From positions 2,425-66,424 of the forward strand of contig JAUHYW010000012.1 of the NCBI GenBank assembly GCA_030426085.1: a stretch of DNA of 64,000 nt, read 5' to 3'. Origin of the DNA: a bacterium (GTDB lineage Bacteria; Myxococcota_A; Bradymonadia; UBA7976; UBA1532). The position numbers and the translations under genes are program-made. Numbering within the stretch: the first letter of the stretch is position 1; each line of letters begins with the position of its first letter. Below, piece by piece: positions 37,449-47,918 of the stretch. A model generated the notes under the pieces. That model was not told the DNA's origin. It did not search any database and worked only from the letters and a program-made list of their open reading frames with translations.

Positions 37449-38597
37449 ATGCAGCCCGATCCTCCGCCGACCATCGACCTCGACAACGGCGCCACCACGC
37501 GCCCCGACCCCGCGATCATGGCCGCCCTGCTCGATCGACAGGCGACCCTCTACGCCAACCCCAGCGCCCGCCACGCCCGGGGCCGGGCCGCCGCCGAGGC
37601 GCTGGAGACCGCCCGCGGCCGGCTGGCGGGGCTGATCGGGGGCGCGCCGGCCGGTCTGATCTTCACCGGCGGGGGCACCGAGGCGCTGGGGCTGGCGCTG
37701 CTCGGCGCGCCCGGCGGCTCCGGGCGGGTGGCGATCTCGGCGGTGGAGCACGCCAGCGTGCGCGAGGCGGCCGGGGCGCTGGTCGAGCGGCGGGGCTGGG
37801 CGCTGGACGTCATCCCGGTCGACGCCGCCGGCCGGGTGCAGCCGGAGGCCCTCACGGCCCACATCGGCCCCGAGACCCGGGCGGTGGCGATCATGCTCGG
37901 TCAGAACGAGGTCGGCGGCGTCAACGACATCGCCCGGCTGGCCCCCGTCGTCCGCCGCGCGGCTCCCCGGGCCCGGCTGGTGGTCGACGCGGTGCAGGCG
38001 CTGGGCAAGATCCCGATCGACGTGGCCGCGCTGGACGTCGACTGCCTCGCGATGACCGCCCACAAGCTGCACGGCCCCCGGGGCATCGGCGCGCTGTGGA
38101 GCCGGGCTCCGCTCGAGCCGCTGTTGCGGGGCGGCGGCCAGGAGGGCGGCCGGCGGGGCGGGACCCAGTCGGCGCCGCTGGCGCTGGCGTTCGCCGAGGC
38201 CGCCGAGCGGGCCCTGGCCGAGCGGGGGCACCTCGCCGCGATGCGCGATCGCTTGTGGGGCGGCATCCGGGCGGCGGTGCCCGGGGCCCGGCTCACCGGC
38301 CCGCCCTGCGGCCCCGGGCGCCTGCCGCACAACCTGCACCTGTGCGTGCCGGGGCTGCCCGGCGAGCCGCTGCTCAACCTGCTCGACGTGGCCGGGGTCT
38401 ACGCCTCGGCGGGCAGCGCCTGTCGCCGGGGGCGCTTCAGCCCGACGCTGGCTGCGATGGGGCACACCGCCGACGAGGGCGCCTGGATCCGGCTGACCAC
38501 CGGCCGCTTCACGACGCCGGCCGAGGTCGACGCCGCCGTCGAGCGCTTCGCCGACGCGGTGCGCCGCCTGCGCCGGCTGTGCGGCCCCGCCCGGTGA
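37449..38597 (+). CDS. Cysteine desulfurase (IscS/NifZ-like)
   Basis: LDNGATT, ANPS, FTGGGTE, NEVG, DAVQ, AHKLHGPRG (PLP Lys) and SAGSAC (catalytic Cys). Confidence 0.92.
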   Translation: MQPDPPPTIDLDNGATTRPDPAIMAALLDRQATLYANPSARHARGRAAAEALETARGRLAGLIGGAPAGLIFTGGGTEALGLALLGAPGGSGRVAISAVEHASVREAAGALVERRGWALDVIPVDAAGRVQPEALTAHIGPETRAVAIMLGQNEVGGVNDIARLAPVVRRAAPRARLVVDAVQALGKIPIDVAALDVDCLAMTAHKLHGPRGIGALWSRAPLEPLLRGGGQEGGRRGGTQSAPLALAFAEAAERALAERGHLAAMRDRLWGGIRAAVPGARLTGPPCGPGRLPHNLHLCVPGLPGEPLLNLLDVAGVYASAGSACRRGRFSPTLAAMGHTADEGAWIRLTTGRFTTPAEVDAAVERFADAVRRLRRLCGPAR

Positions 38598-39778
38598 GCG
38601 ACCCCGACGAGGCGCTGCTCATGGCCCGGGTCGGCGAGCTATGGCTCAAGGGCCGCAACCGGGATCACTTCGTGCGCGCGCTGCACGACAACCTCCAGAC
38701 CGCGCTGTCGGCCGCGCTGAGCCATGTCCAGGTGATGGCCGGCCGGGGGCGGCTCTACGTCGGCGTGGGCCGGGCCGAGGACGTGCCCCGGGCGCTGGCC
38801 ATCTGCGCCGACGTGCCGGGGCTGGTCGACGTGGCCCGGGTCGAGCGCTGCCCGCCGACGCTCGACGCGATCGAGGCCGCCGCGCTGGCGCTGGTCGAGG
38901 CCCGCTGGGCGGGCGCGACGGGCAGCTTCGCCATCGACGGCCGGCGCACGCAGAAGACGCTGCCGTTCTCCTCGAGCGACCTCAACCGCCGCGTCGGCGC
39001 GGCGGTGCTCGCCGCCACCGGGCTGCGGGTCGACCTGAGCCGCCCCGACCGCACGCTGAGCGTCGAGGTCGGCCCCCGCCGGGCCCACCTGTGGACCGCC
39101 GCCTGCCCCGGCGCGGGCGGGCTGCCGGTGGGCACCGCGGGCGGCGCGCTGCTGATGCTCAGCGGGGGCATCGACTCGCCGGTGGCGGGCTATCTGGCCC
39201 AGAAGCGCGGCTGCCGGCTCGAGGCGGTCTACTTCCACTCGCCGCCCTTCGTCGGCGAGGCCACCCGGGCCAAGGTGCAGGCCCTCGCCCGCCGGCTGGC
39301 CGCCCGCCAGGGCCGGCTGACGCTGCACGTCGCGCCGTTCACCGACCCGCAGCTCGCCATCCGGGACCACTGCGACCGGCGGATGGCCGTGCTGCTGTAC
39401 CGGCGCATGATGTATCGCATCGCCGACCGGCTCGCCGGGCGCCGGGGCCTCGACGCGCTGTGCACCGGCGAGATGCTGGGGCAGGTGGCCAGCCAGACCA
39501 TGGCCAACCTGACCCTGGTCGACGCCGTCTGCGACCGGCTGGTGCTGCGCCCGCTGCTGACCCACGACAAGCAGGAGTCGGTCGCCCTCGCCCGACGCAT
39601 CGGCACCTACGAGACCTCGATCCTGCCCCACGACGACTGCTGCGCGCTCTTCCTGCCCGATCACCCGGTGACCCGGGGCACCGCGCCGCTGATGCGGGGT
39701 CAGGAGAGCCGGATCGACGTCGACGCGCTGGTCGAGCAGGCGGCGCAGGGCGTCGAGTCGGTCGAGATCGAACCGTGA
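38594..39778 (+). CDS. thiI: tRNA 4-thiouridine synthase ThiI (short form, no rhodanese domain)
   Basis: GELWLKGRNR, THUMP region, GGLPVGT, LSGGIDSPVA (PP-loop), GQVASQT, LRPL and DDCC; GTGA overlap. Confidence 0.93.
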   Translation: MSDPDEALLMARVGELWLKGRNRDHFVRALHDNLQTALSAALSHVQVMAGRGRLYVGVGRAEDVPRALAICADVPGLVDVARVERCPPTLDAIEAAALALVEARWAGATGSFAIDGRRTQKTLPFSSSDLNRRVGAAVLAATGLRVDLSRPDRTLSVEVGPRRAHLWTAACPGAGGLPVGTAGGALLMLSGGIDSPVAGYLAQKRGCRLEAVYFHSPPFVGEATRAKVQALARRLAARQGRLTLHVAPFTDPQLAIRDHCDRRMAVLLYRRMMYRIADRLAGRRGLDALCTGEMLGQVASQTMANLTLVDAVCDRLVLRPLLTHDKQESVALARRIGTYETSILPHDDCCALFLPDHPVTRGTAPLMRGQESRIDVDALVEQAAQGVESVEIEP

Positions 39779-39795
39779 GCCCCGGAGGCACCCCC

Positions 39796-40782
39796 ATGGC
39801 ATCGCTCCGCAGCCTGCTGGCCCTGCTCTTCGCCCTCGCCGGGTGCAGCTCGCCGCCCCCGCCTCAGCCCGAGGCGCCGGCTGCGGCGCCCGCCGTCGAG
39901 AGCCCGAAGACCCCGCCGGAGGCCGCGCCGGACGCGACTCCACCCGACGCTGCGCCGCCCGACGCCGCCGCCCCGCCGCCGCCGGTCGCGGTCGGCGACT
40001 ATCCCTGGCTGGACGCCATGGCCGACGCCGGGCCCCTGCCCTCGCTGATCCGGCTCGATACCCGCTTCCCGACCCCGGATGGCTTCACCCGGGTCCCGGT
40101 CGAGCCGGGCAGCTACGCCGCCTGGCTGCGCGGCCTGCCCGTGCGCACCGATCGGACCCATGTGCTGGCCTACGACGGCCGCCGCCTCTTCCGCCCCTCG
40201 GCGGCGATCGTCGCCCTCGACGTGGGCGACCGCGACCTCCAGCAGTGCGCCGACACCGTCATCCGGCTGCACGCCGAGCACCGCTGGCACCGGGGCGAGG
40301 CCGACCGGGTCGCCTATCACTTCACCAGCGGCGACCGCTCGGGCTGGCGCGACTGGCGGCGCGGCGAGCGATTCCGCATCCGGGGGGCGACGGTCGAGCG
40401 ATATCGAGGGCAGGCCCGGAGCAACACCTGGAAGAGCTGGCGTGGCTGGCTGACCCACCTGTTCCGCTACGCCGGCACCCAGTCGCTGAGGCTGGACAGC
40501 GACCCCCTCGGCGATCGCCCGTTCGCGGCGGGCGACTTCATGGTGCACCCCGGCGGTCCGGGGCACGCGGTGGTCGTGCTCGACGTCGCCGCGCACCCCG
40601 ACGGGCGCCGGGTCGCCTTGATCGGGCAGGGCTTCATGCCCGCCGAAGACCTGCACGTCCTCCAGATGCCCGGCGCGCTGAACGACGTGTGGTTCAGCCT
40701 GCCCGCGCCGGGTGAGGGCCCCATCCAGACCCCGTCGTGGCCCCAGCCCTTCGGGCGGGCCCAGGCCCGCCGCTTCCGATGA
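39796..40782 (+). CDS. DUF4846-like lipoprotein
   Basis: LAGC lipobox, Pro/Ala linker, DLQQCADTVIRLHAE, YAGT, GPGHAV and QGFMPA. Confidence 0.8.
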   Translation: MASLRSLLALLFALAGCSSPPPPQPEAPAAAPAVESPKTPPEAAPDATPPDAAPPDAAAPPPPVAVGDYPWLDAMADAGPLPSLIRLDTRFPTPDGFTRVPVEPGSYAAWLRGLPVRTDRTHVLAYDGRRLFRPSAAIVALDVGDRDLQQCADTVIRLHAEHRWHRGEADRVAYHFTSGDRSGWRDWRRGERFRIRGATVERYRGQARSNTWKSWRGWLTHLFRYAGTQSLRLDSDPLGDRPFAAGDFMVHPGGPGHAVVVLDVAAHPDGRRVALIGQGFMPAEDLHVLQMPGALNDVWFSLPAPGEGPIQTPSWPQPFGRAQARRFR

Positions 40783-41480
40783 GCGATGTGGACGCCATGA
40801 GCCGCGACGCCCAGTGCGCGCTGGCAGCGCGGCTGATCGCCGAGCGGCTGAACGAGACGGTGGGTCACTGGCGGACGGCCGGATCGACCGTCGCCGGCCC
40901 GGGCAGCACCGGCCTGGGCGTCGTGGAGCACGTCGGCACCCCGGACGGGCACGTCGACGTCGGCTTCCTGCTCGACCGGGCCCGCCCCGACGCCCCTGTG
41001 CTGTGGGACTGCGCGGCGGGCGCGGGCGACGACCCCGCCGAGCGCATCGGGCGGGCGGTCGAGCACTGGTACACCGGCACCTGGCCGGTCATCCGGGAGC
41101 TCTTGAGCGGCCGGCGCACCTTCGCCACCCACTGCCCCGGCGACCACCCGCTCGGTCTGCCGGGGTGGCACGTCATCCGGGGCCCGGTGCTGGCCTTCGG
41201 CGCGCCCGAGGCGGCGCGGGTGCTCCAGGCGTGGGCGGTGCGGGCGCCGCTGCTGCGCGCGATCGGGCCGGCGGTGACGGCCGCGTTCGACCGCCCGGCG
41301 CTCAACGGGATCAAGCTGGTGGTCGGGCCCGACGTGGCCGAGGTCCGGATCAACGGGCGGGTGGACGCCGCGGCGTCGGCGGCGCTGGGCGCGGTGTCGA
41401 TGCCGGCGTTCGAAGGCTTCGGCTTCGTGCGCTGCTTCTCGCTGGCGGTCAGCCCCGAGGGCGCGAGCGGCTCGGCCTGA
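40779..41480 (+). CDS. Hypothetical protein (DUF6348-like)
   Basis: ATGA overlap with the upstream gene; WDCAAG and AEVRING resemble DUF6348. Recognition is tentative. Confidence 0.5.
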   Translation: MSDVDAMSRDAQCALAARLIAERLNETVGHWRTAGSTVAGPGSTGLGVVEHVGTPDGHVDVGFLLDRARPDAPVLWDCAAGAGDDPAERIGRAVEHWYTGTWPVIRELLSGRRTFATHCPGDHPLGLPGWHVIRGPVLAFGAPEAARVLQAWAVRAPLLRAIGPAVTAAFDRPALNGIKLVVGPDVAEVRINGRVDAAASAALGAVSMPAFEGFGFVRCFSLAVSPEGASGSA

Positions 41481-42861
41481 TCCGGGCCAGCGCGGCGAGA
41501 ACCAGCAGGATCAGCCCCGCCGGCGCCCCCCCGCCGGGGCGCACGCCGCAGCTCCCGGGATCGGTCGTCGGCCCGGCGTCGGGTGGCGTGGCGTCGCCCG
41601 GCCCCCCATCGAGCGGGCCGGGCCCGTCATCGGGCTCACCCCCATCCGCCCCACCGTCGACCGCCCCGTCCACCCCGCCGTCGAGCGGCGTCAGCTCGAA
41701 CGTCGGCGGCTGGGTGCACATCTCGACCAGATCAGCGGGTGGCGGCATCTGCCCGCAGTCCTCCGGCGGCACGAGCTGCCCCGGGCACAGCCCCCGGCAG
41801 CAGAGACGGGCGCGGCTGTCGGCGGGGCAGTCCCAGCGCTGGTCGACCACCTCGTAGCGCTGGATCGCGACGTCCCACGTCCGCCCGAAGTCGCCGCTCG
41901 ACGCGATGGCCCAGGGGTCGGTGAAGTACGGGTCGCGGCAGCCCCACAGCCGCCCGTCGGGGGCGGCGACGAGGCACCGGGGCACCGGATCTTCGTCGAC
42001 CTCGACCCAGGTCAGGCCCCCGTCGTCGCTGCGCTGGGGCGAGGCGATGGGCCCCCCGACCAGCCCCTCGCCGGTGACCGGGTCGAAGAGCATCTGCAAG
42101 CCGAAGTCGCTGATGGTGCCCACCCGGCTCCAGCTCGCGCCGGCGTCCGCCGAGCGGATCAGAGCCGTGCCCCGGATGTTCTCCACCGCCGCGAAGACGA
42201 CGTCGCCGTCGCCCGGATCGAGCGCCAGCAGGCGGAAGTCTTCGACGCGGCCGATCTCGGGGTCGTCGAGCGGCACGTCGACGAAGGTCTCGCCGCCGTC
42301 GTCGCTGCGCATCAGCCCGTCGGCGTGGCTCAGATAGACCCGCGAGGGGTCGTCGGCCGGGCGCAGGAACACCCGCAGCAGGCCCGGCAGGCGCAGGCCG
42401 GCGGGGCTCCAGGTGCGGCCGAAGTCGTCCGAGCGGAACAGGTCGTTGGCCACCCCCGGGGTGGCGCTGGCGGTCCACAGGGTCGGGTCGAGCGGGTGGC
42501 CCCACAAGCCGATGAGCCGGTGCACGCCGACCGGGCCGTCGATCCGGGCGAAGCTGCACCCGCCGTCGTCGGTGACGAAGCCGCCGTTGGTGCTCACCGC
42601 GACCCAGCGCGAGGCGTCGGCGGGGTCGATGGCCAGCCCCCGCAAGCCGGCGGTGGGCGACAGCGCGTCCTCGCACAGCCACTGGAAGTCGCCCTTGGGG
42701 TCGGCGAAGAGCCCCTGCCCGTCGGTGAGCACGTAGGCCGTGTCGGGGGCGGCGGCGGTGAAGACGATGCGGATGGCCCGGGGCTGGTCGGCGTGGGCCG
42801 CCGCGAGCCGGGGCGCCAGGGCGGCGAAGGCCACGGCGAGGGCGATGGAGAGATGCTTCAT
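41449..42861 (-). CDS. Secreted BNR/Asp-box beta-propeller with a MYXO-CTERM-like sorting tail
   Basis: Signal peptide; repeated SDDGG.TW/F Asp-boxes; C-terminal GSCGVRPGGGAPAGLILLVLAALARIR. Confidence 0.82.
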   Translation of the reverse strand: MKHLSIALAVAFAALAPRLAAAHADQPRAIRIVFTAAAPDTAYVLTDGQGLFADPKGDFQWLCEDALSPTAGLRGLAIDPADASRWVAVSTNGGFVTDDGGCSFARIDGPVGVHRLIGLWGHPLDPTLWTASATPGVANDLFRSDDFGRTWSPAGLRLPGLLRVFLRPADDPSRVYLSHADGLMRSDDGGETFVDVPLDDPEIGRVEDFRLLALDPGDGDVVFAAVENIRGTALIRSADAGASWSRVGTISDFGLQMLFDPVTGEGLVGGPIASPQRSDDGGLTWVEVDEDPVPRCLVAAPDGRLWGCRDPYFTDPWAIASSGDFGRTWDVAIQRYEVVDQRWDCPADSRARLCCRGLCPGQLVPPEDCGQMPPPADLVEMCTQPPTFELTPLDGGVDGAVDGGADGGEPDDGPGPLDGGPGDATPPDAGPTTDPGSCGVRPGGGAPAGLILLVLAALARIRPSRSRPRG

Positions 42862-42911
42862 GCTTCGGAGATGGCCCGGCGGGGGCCCGGGTCGCCGCAC
42901 GACGATCGACG

Positions 42912-43196
42912 TCAGCCGGCGCCGCGCACCCCGAGTACCGCCAGGGCCCCGCCGACGGCCACCGCCAGCGACAGGGCCCCGCCGACGATGCTCGGCACCG
43001 GGCTCAGGCCGGCCTCTTTGTAGGCCCGGGCGTCGCGCCCGTTGATCACGACCCCGGCCACGGCGATCGCCGCCGCGGCGCCGTAGCCCAGGGCCGGCGC
43101 GACCCACAATGTCAGGGTGATGACGGTGGCCCCCAGCGCGGGCACCGCCATCGCGCGGGGCCAGGGCGAGGGCCCGGTCGGAGCAGGCGGGCGCAC
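42912..43196 (-). CDS. Small hypothetical membrane protein
   Basis: Three hydrophobic segments filling the gap between two co-oriented genes; start uncertain. Confidence 0.5.
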   Translation of the reverse strand: MRPPAPTGPSPWPRAMAVPALGATVITLTLWVAPALGYGAAAAIAVAGVVINGRDARAYKEAGLSPVPSIVGGALSLAVAVGGALAVLGVRGAG

Positions 43197-43200
43197 GGCG

Positions 43201-44502
43201 CTATTCGAGCACGATGCGGCCGTCGTCGGTCAGCCGGAGGGCCTTGGTGACGGTCGCGTCCTCGCCGACCCGCACCTTGAACTTCGCCTTGGTCTTCGTC
43301 TCGGGCTCGACGACCACCAGATCGTGCTCCCCGGCGAGCAGGTTCTTCAGCTCGATCGGCAGCGCGTCCTGCTCCTCGGCGTCGACGTAGACGGTGAGGC
43401 TCTTCGGCCCGGTGATCTTGAGGCCGCCGTAGACCTTCTTCGGCGGGGGCAGCCGCATCAGCACGGTGTAGTTGGGGTCGACCACGTCGATGGCCACCCG
43501 ATCCTTGCCGTAATCCCGGGCGCTGGCCTCGAGCACCAGCGGGTAGCCGATGCGGGCGAACACCTGCACCGGGCGGCTGCCGGTGCTGCCCTCGCGGTCG
43601 CTCTTGCCCCCCGCCACCCGGTCGATGCGGGCCACGAGCGGGTCGGACTCGACGGTGACGGTGGCCATCGCGCGGGCGTTGTCCGGGTCGACCGGCACCA
43701 TGCGCACCCCGATGCGCCGCTCGGCCCCGGCCCCGACCTCGTAGCGCACCGTGTGCGGCTCGTGGCCCTCCTTCTGCAACCGGAAGAAGACCGGGTGCCC
43801 CGCGGGCAGCCCCTCGAGCTTGAACGGCGTCTCGCCGACCACCACCCCGCCGTAGGTGATGAACGCGCCCGGCGGGTCGCTGTTGACCTCCAGGCTGCCG
43901 GTCTCGACCTTGCCCTTCTCGAGCGCCAGCTTCAGCGTCTCCTCGCTGCCGGTGATGGTCAGCGCCTTCATGAGCGGGGCGTGGCCGTCGAGGTACATGT
44001 GCACCCGCACCGGCTGCCCGACGAAGGTCTGCACCGCGGTGGGGGTCGGCGAGCCGTGGGGGTTGCCGTTGACCACCACCCGGGCCCCCGGGGGGTCGCT
44101 CTCGAGCCGCAGCAGCGCCTTCTTGGGCGGCGGCGCGATCTCGATCTCTTCGGGGGCGGCCCCGGCGGCGGTGATCGACTGCGGGGTGCCGAGCTGGATG
44201 CCCTCGGGGTTGCCCCGCACCCGGTCGCTCTCCAGATCGCGGCTCATCACGAAGTACAGCCCGACGCCGCCGAGCGCGATCACCACCAGGAACACCAGCC
44301 CGGCGTAGCTCCGGTGGCTCTTGATCGGCACGTCGACCAGCATGTCGGGGTCGGGCAGCAGGCTGTTGGGGGGGGGCTGCTCCGGCGCGCGGGGGCGGCT
44401 GCGGGGGGCCAGATCGATCTCCTCGGGCGGCGGCTCGGGCACCGCGTTGAGGACGCCCCAGTCTTCCATGCGCGGCTTTCGGTGGTCGTCGTCGTGAGCC
44501 AA
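43201..44502 (-). CDS. PEGA-domain membrane protein
   Basis: One TM helix then repeated L.V.SDPPGA...G.TP PEGA motifs; TTG start with GAGGAG RBS. Confidence 0.85.
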   Translation of the reverse strand: MAHDDDHRKPRMEDWGVLNAVPEPPPEEIDLAPRSRPRAPEQPPPNSLLPDPDMLVDVPIKSHRSYAGLVFLVVIALGGVGLYFVMSRDLESDRVRGNPEGIQLGTPQSITAAGAAPEEIEIAPPPKKALLRLESDPPGARVVVNGNPHGSPTPTAVQTFVGQPVRVHMYLDGHAPLMKALTITGSEETLKLALEKGKVETGSLEVNSDPPGAFITYGGVVVGETPFKLEGLPAGHPVFFRLQKEGHEPHTVRYEVGAGAERRIGVRMVPVDPDNARAMATVTVESDPLVARIDRVAGGKSDREGSTGSRPVQVFARIGYPLVLEASARDYGKDRVAIDVVDPNYTVLMRLPPPKKVYGGLKITGPKSLTVYVDAEEQDALPIELKNLLAGEHDLVVVEPETKTKAKFKVRVGEDATVTKALRLTDDGRIVLE

Positions 44503-44665
44503 CGCGCGTCTCCTCGGTTTTGTGCTCGCCGTATCGTACTCCGACGGCGCGCGGTGTCCAGCCCGGCGTCAGGAGCGCGGCGGGGTCGTCGTGCACAGGA
44601 TGCCCCGGACCCCCGTCGACGTTTCGCCCGAGGCCCGATTGCGCGCCCCGGGCCGACATTGGTGG

Positions 44666-44725
44666 TTGACAGGGGGCCCGCGAATTGAAAGTCTGCGCCG
44701 GCCGGACCACTGAACGGAGTATCAG
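44666..44725 (+). promoter_or_regulatory. Candidate promoter (-35 TTGACA) and SOS-box-like site before cinA-ligT-recA
   Basis: TTGACA at 44666; TG-n-AAGTCT at 44686-44694; CTGAACGGAGTATCAG (CTG-N10-CAG) at 44710-44725. Confidence 0.5.
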
Positions 44726-44728
44726 CAG

Positions 44729-46009
44729 GTGTCGGGGCGGATCGAGGTCCTCACAATCGGCGACGAGCTGCTCGACGGGGCGGTGCTCGACGGCAACGCG
44801 GCCCACATCGGGGCGGCGCTGGCGGGGCACGGCCGGGCGGTGACCCGCGGCGAGCGGCTGCCCGACCGGCTCGACGTGCTGGTGCCCGCGCTGAAGGCGA
44901 TCGCCGCCCGGGCCGACGTCTGCATCTGCACCGGCGGGTTGGGGCCGACCGACGACGACCTGACCCTGGCCGCGCTGGCTGCGGCGGCCGGCGTCGAGCG
45001 GGCCTTCGACCCCGCCGCCTGGGCCCGCGTCGAGCAGGTCTACGGCGCGCGCACCCCGCCCGCCCGCAACCGGAGTCAGGCGACCCTGCCGGTCGGCGCC
45101 CGCCCGCTCCACACCGAGGTCGGCACCGCACCGGGGGTCGAGATCACCATCGGCGGCTGCCGGTTCTTCGCTCTGCCCGGCGTGCCCCGCGAGATGCGGT
45201 GGTTCCTCACCCGCTACGTGCTGCCCGCGCTCGAGCGGGGCCCCCGCCGGGTCCGGCTGCTGCGCCACGTCGGCGTCGGCGAGAGCACCCTGGCCGAGCG
45301 CCTCGACGGGGTCGCGCTGCCCGCGGGGGTCGAGATCGCGTGGCTCACCCCGCTGCCCGAGGTGCACATCAAGCTGATCGGCGACGACCCCGAGGCCCTC
45401 GACCGGGCCGCGGCCGCGATCAAAGCCGCGACGGGGCCGGCGTTCGTCGGCGAGGGCGACATCGGGCTGGCGGCGGCAACCCTCCGGGCGTGCGAGGCCG
45501 TCGGCTGGCGCATCGGCGCCGCCGAGAGCTGCACCGGGGGGCTCGTGGGCGCCGCGCTGACCGACATCTCGGGCGCGTCGGCGGTGTTCGACGGCTCGAT
45601 CGTCAGCTACGCCAACGCGGTCAAGCACCGGGCGCTCGGCGTGCCCCGCTGGATCCTGGACAGCCCGCGCTACGGCGCGGTCAGCGAAGAGTGCGCCCGG
45701 GCGATGGCGCTCGGCGCCCGGCAGGCCCTGGCGGTGGACGTGGCGGTGGCCATCACCGGCATCGCCGGGCCCGGCGGGGGCAGCCCCGACAAGCCGGTGG
45801 GCACCGTGTGGTTCGCCTGGGCCGGCCTGCCGACGGCGCCCGGCCCCGACGGGGTCGTCGAGCCCACCGTCGCCGAGATCCGCCGGTTCTCCGGCGGCCG
45901 GGACGCCATCCGGGCCCGGGCGGTGGCCCACGCCCTCGACCGCATCCGCCGGGCCGCGCTGCGCCGGGCCACGCCGGGCCCCGCGCCCACCACCGGGAGC
46001 AGCCGATGA
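44729..46009 (+). CDS. cinA: CinA-family protein (molybdopterin-binding-like + NMN deamidase PncC domain)
   Basis: [56 protein letters not shown] and KPVGTV. Confidence 0.93.
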   Translation: MSGRIEVLTIGDELLDGAVLDGNAAHIGAALAGHGRAVTRGERLPDRLDVLVPALKAIAARADVCICTGGLGPTDDDLTLAALAAAAGVERAFDPAAWARVEQVYGARTPPARNRSQATLPVGARPLHTEVGTAPGVEITIGGCRFFALPGVPREMRWFLTRYVLPALERGPRRVRLLRHVGVGESTLAERLDGVALPAGVEIAWLTPLPEVHIKLIGDDPEALDRAAAAIKAATGPAFVGEGDIGLAAATLRACEAVGWRIGAAESCTGGLVGAALTDISGASAVFDGSIVSYANAVKHRALGVPRWILDSPRYGAVSEECARAMALGARQALAVDVAVAITGIAGPGGGSPDKPVGTVWFAWAGLPTAPGPDGVVEPTVAEIRRFSGGRDAIRARAVAHALDRIRRAALRRATPGPAPTTGSSR

Positions 46010-46707
46010 CCGCCGGACACGCCTTCATCGGGGTCGAGGTGCCCCGCAAGACCGCGCTGGCCCTCGACGGCCTGCAGCACACGATCGAGCAGCAGGTGCG
46101 GGCCGCGGGGGGCACGGCCGAGCGCATCCCCCGGCGCATCCTGGCGCTGCCGCTCGACGACCTCGGCGTGGTCGAGGCCCCGGCCATCGAGGCCGCCGAG
46201 CTGGCGATGCAGCGGGTCGCCCGGCGCCACCCGCCGTTCTCGGTGCCCCTGCGCGGGGTGCGGGGGCTGCCCGAAGCCAACCCCCGGGTGGCCCGCATCG
46301 AGGCCCGGGACGACAAAGAGCGCCTGAGCCGGCTGCGGGCCGAGCTGCACGCCGCGCTCGAACGCTACGGGTTCCCGGTGCCCACCGGGGATTGGCGGCC
46401 GCACGTCCCGCTGTGCCGGATCGACGGCGTCGAGCGGCTGCCGGCGGTGGACGACCGGGGCGGACCGGGCGTGGTGCGGGTGCGGCGGTTGGTGCTCTTC
46501 CAGCGCACGCCGGGCGTCGCCCCCGGCCGATTCCGGGCGGCGGCGCTGGTGCCGCTGGTGCCGGCCCACGCCGCCGACGTCGAGGCCGCCCCCGACGAGG
46601 ACGCCGCCCGGGCCGGGATCGCCGCCGAGCTCGATGCCCGGCTCGACCGACGCATGCAACAGATCAAGACCACCCGTGCCCGGCGCAAGCGGCGCCGGGC
46701 CGGCTGA
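46006..46707 (+). CDS. 2H-phosphoesterase (LigT/ThpR-like) homolog with degenerate motifs
   Basis: AFIGV start, PPFSVPL and PRV; motif positions read LALPL and PHVPL; canonical cinA-thpR-recA position; ATGA overlap. Confidence 0.75.
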   Translation: MTAGHAFIGVEVPRKTALALDGLQHTIEQQVRAAGGTAERIPRRILALPLDDLGVVEAPAIEAAELAMQRVARRHPPFSVPLRGVRGLPEANPRVARIEARDDKERLSRLRAELHAALERYGFPVPTGDWRPHVPLCRIDGVERLPAVDDRGGPGVVRVRRLVLFQRTPGVAPGRFRAAALVPLVPAHAADVEAAPDEDAARAGIAAELDARLDRRMQQIKTTRARRKRRRAG

Positions 46708-46743
46708 CGGGCCCCCCGAGGCCCCCCCAGGAGAAGGCACATC

Positions 46744-47805
<1,062 letters not shown>

Positions 47806-47918
47806 GCCGCCCGACCTCGGGGCGCGCGCCGGCCGACGACCGGAGCACCCGCCGATGACAGTGGCCCCCGGCGGGTGAGGCATGTACCTTCCCCCGGATC
47901 TGCCACCCGGGAGGCCCC

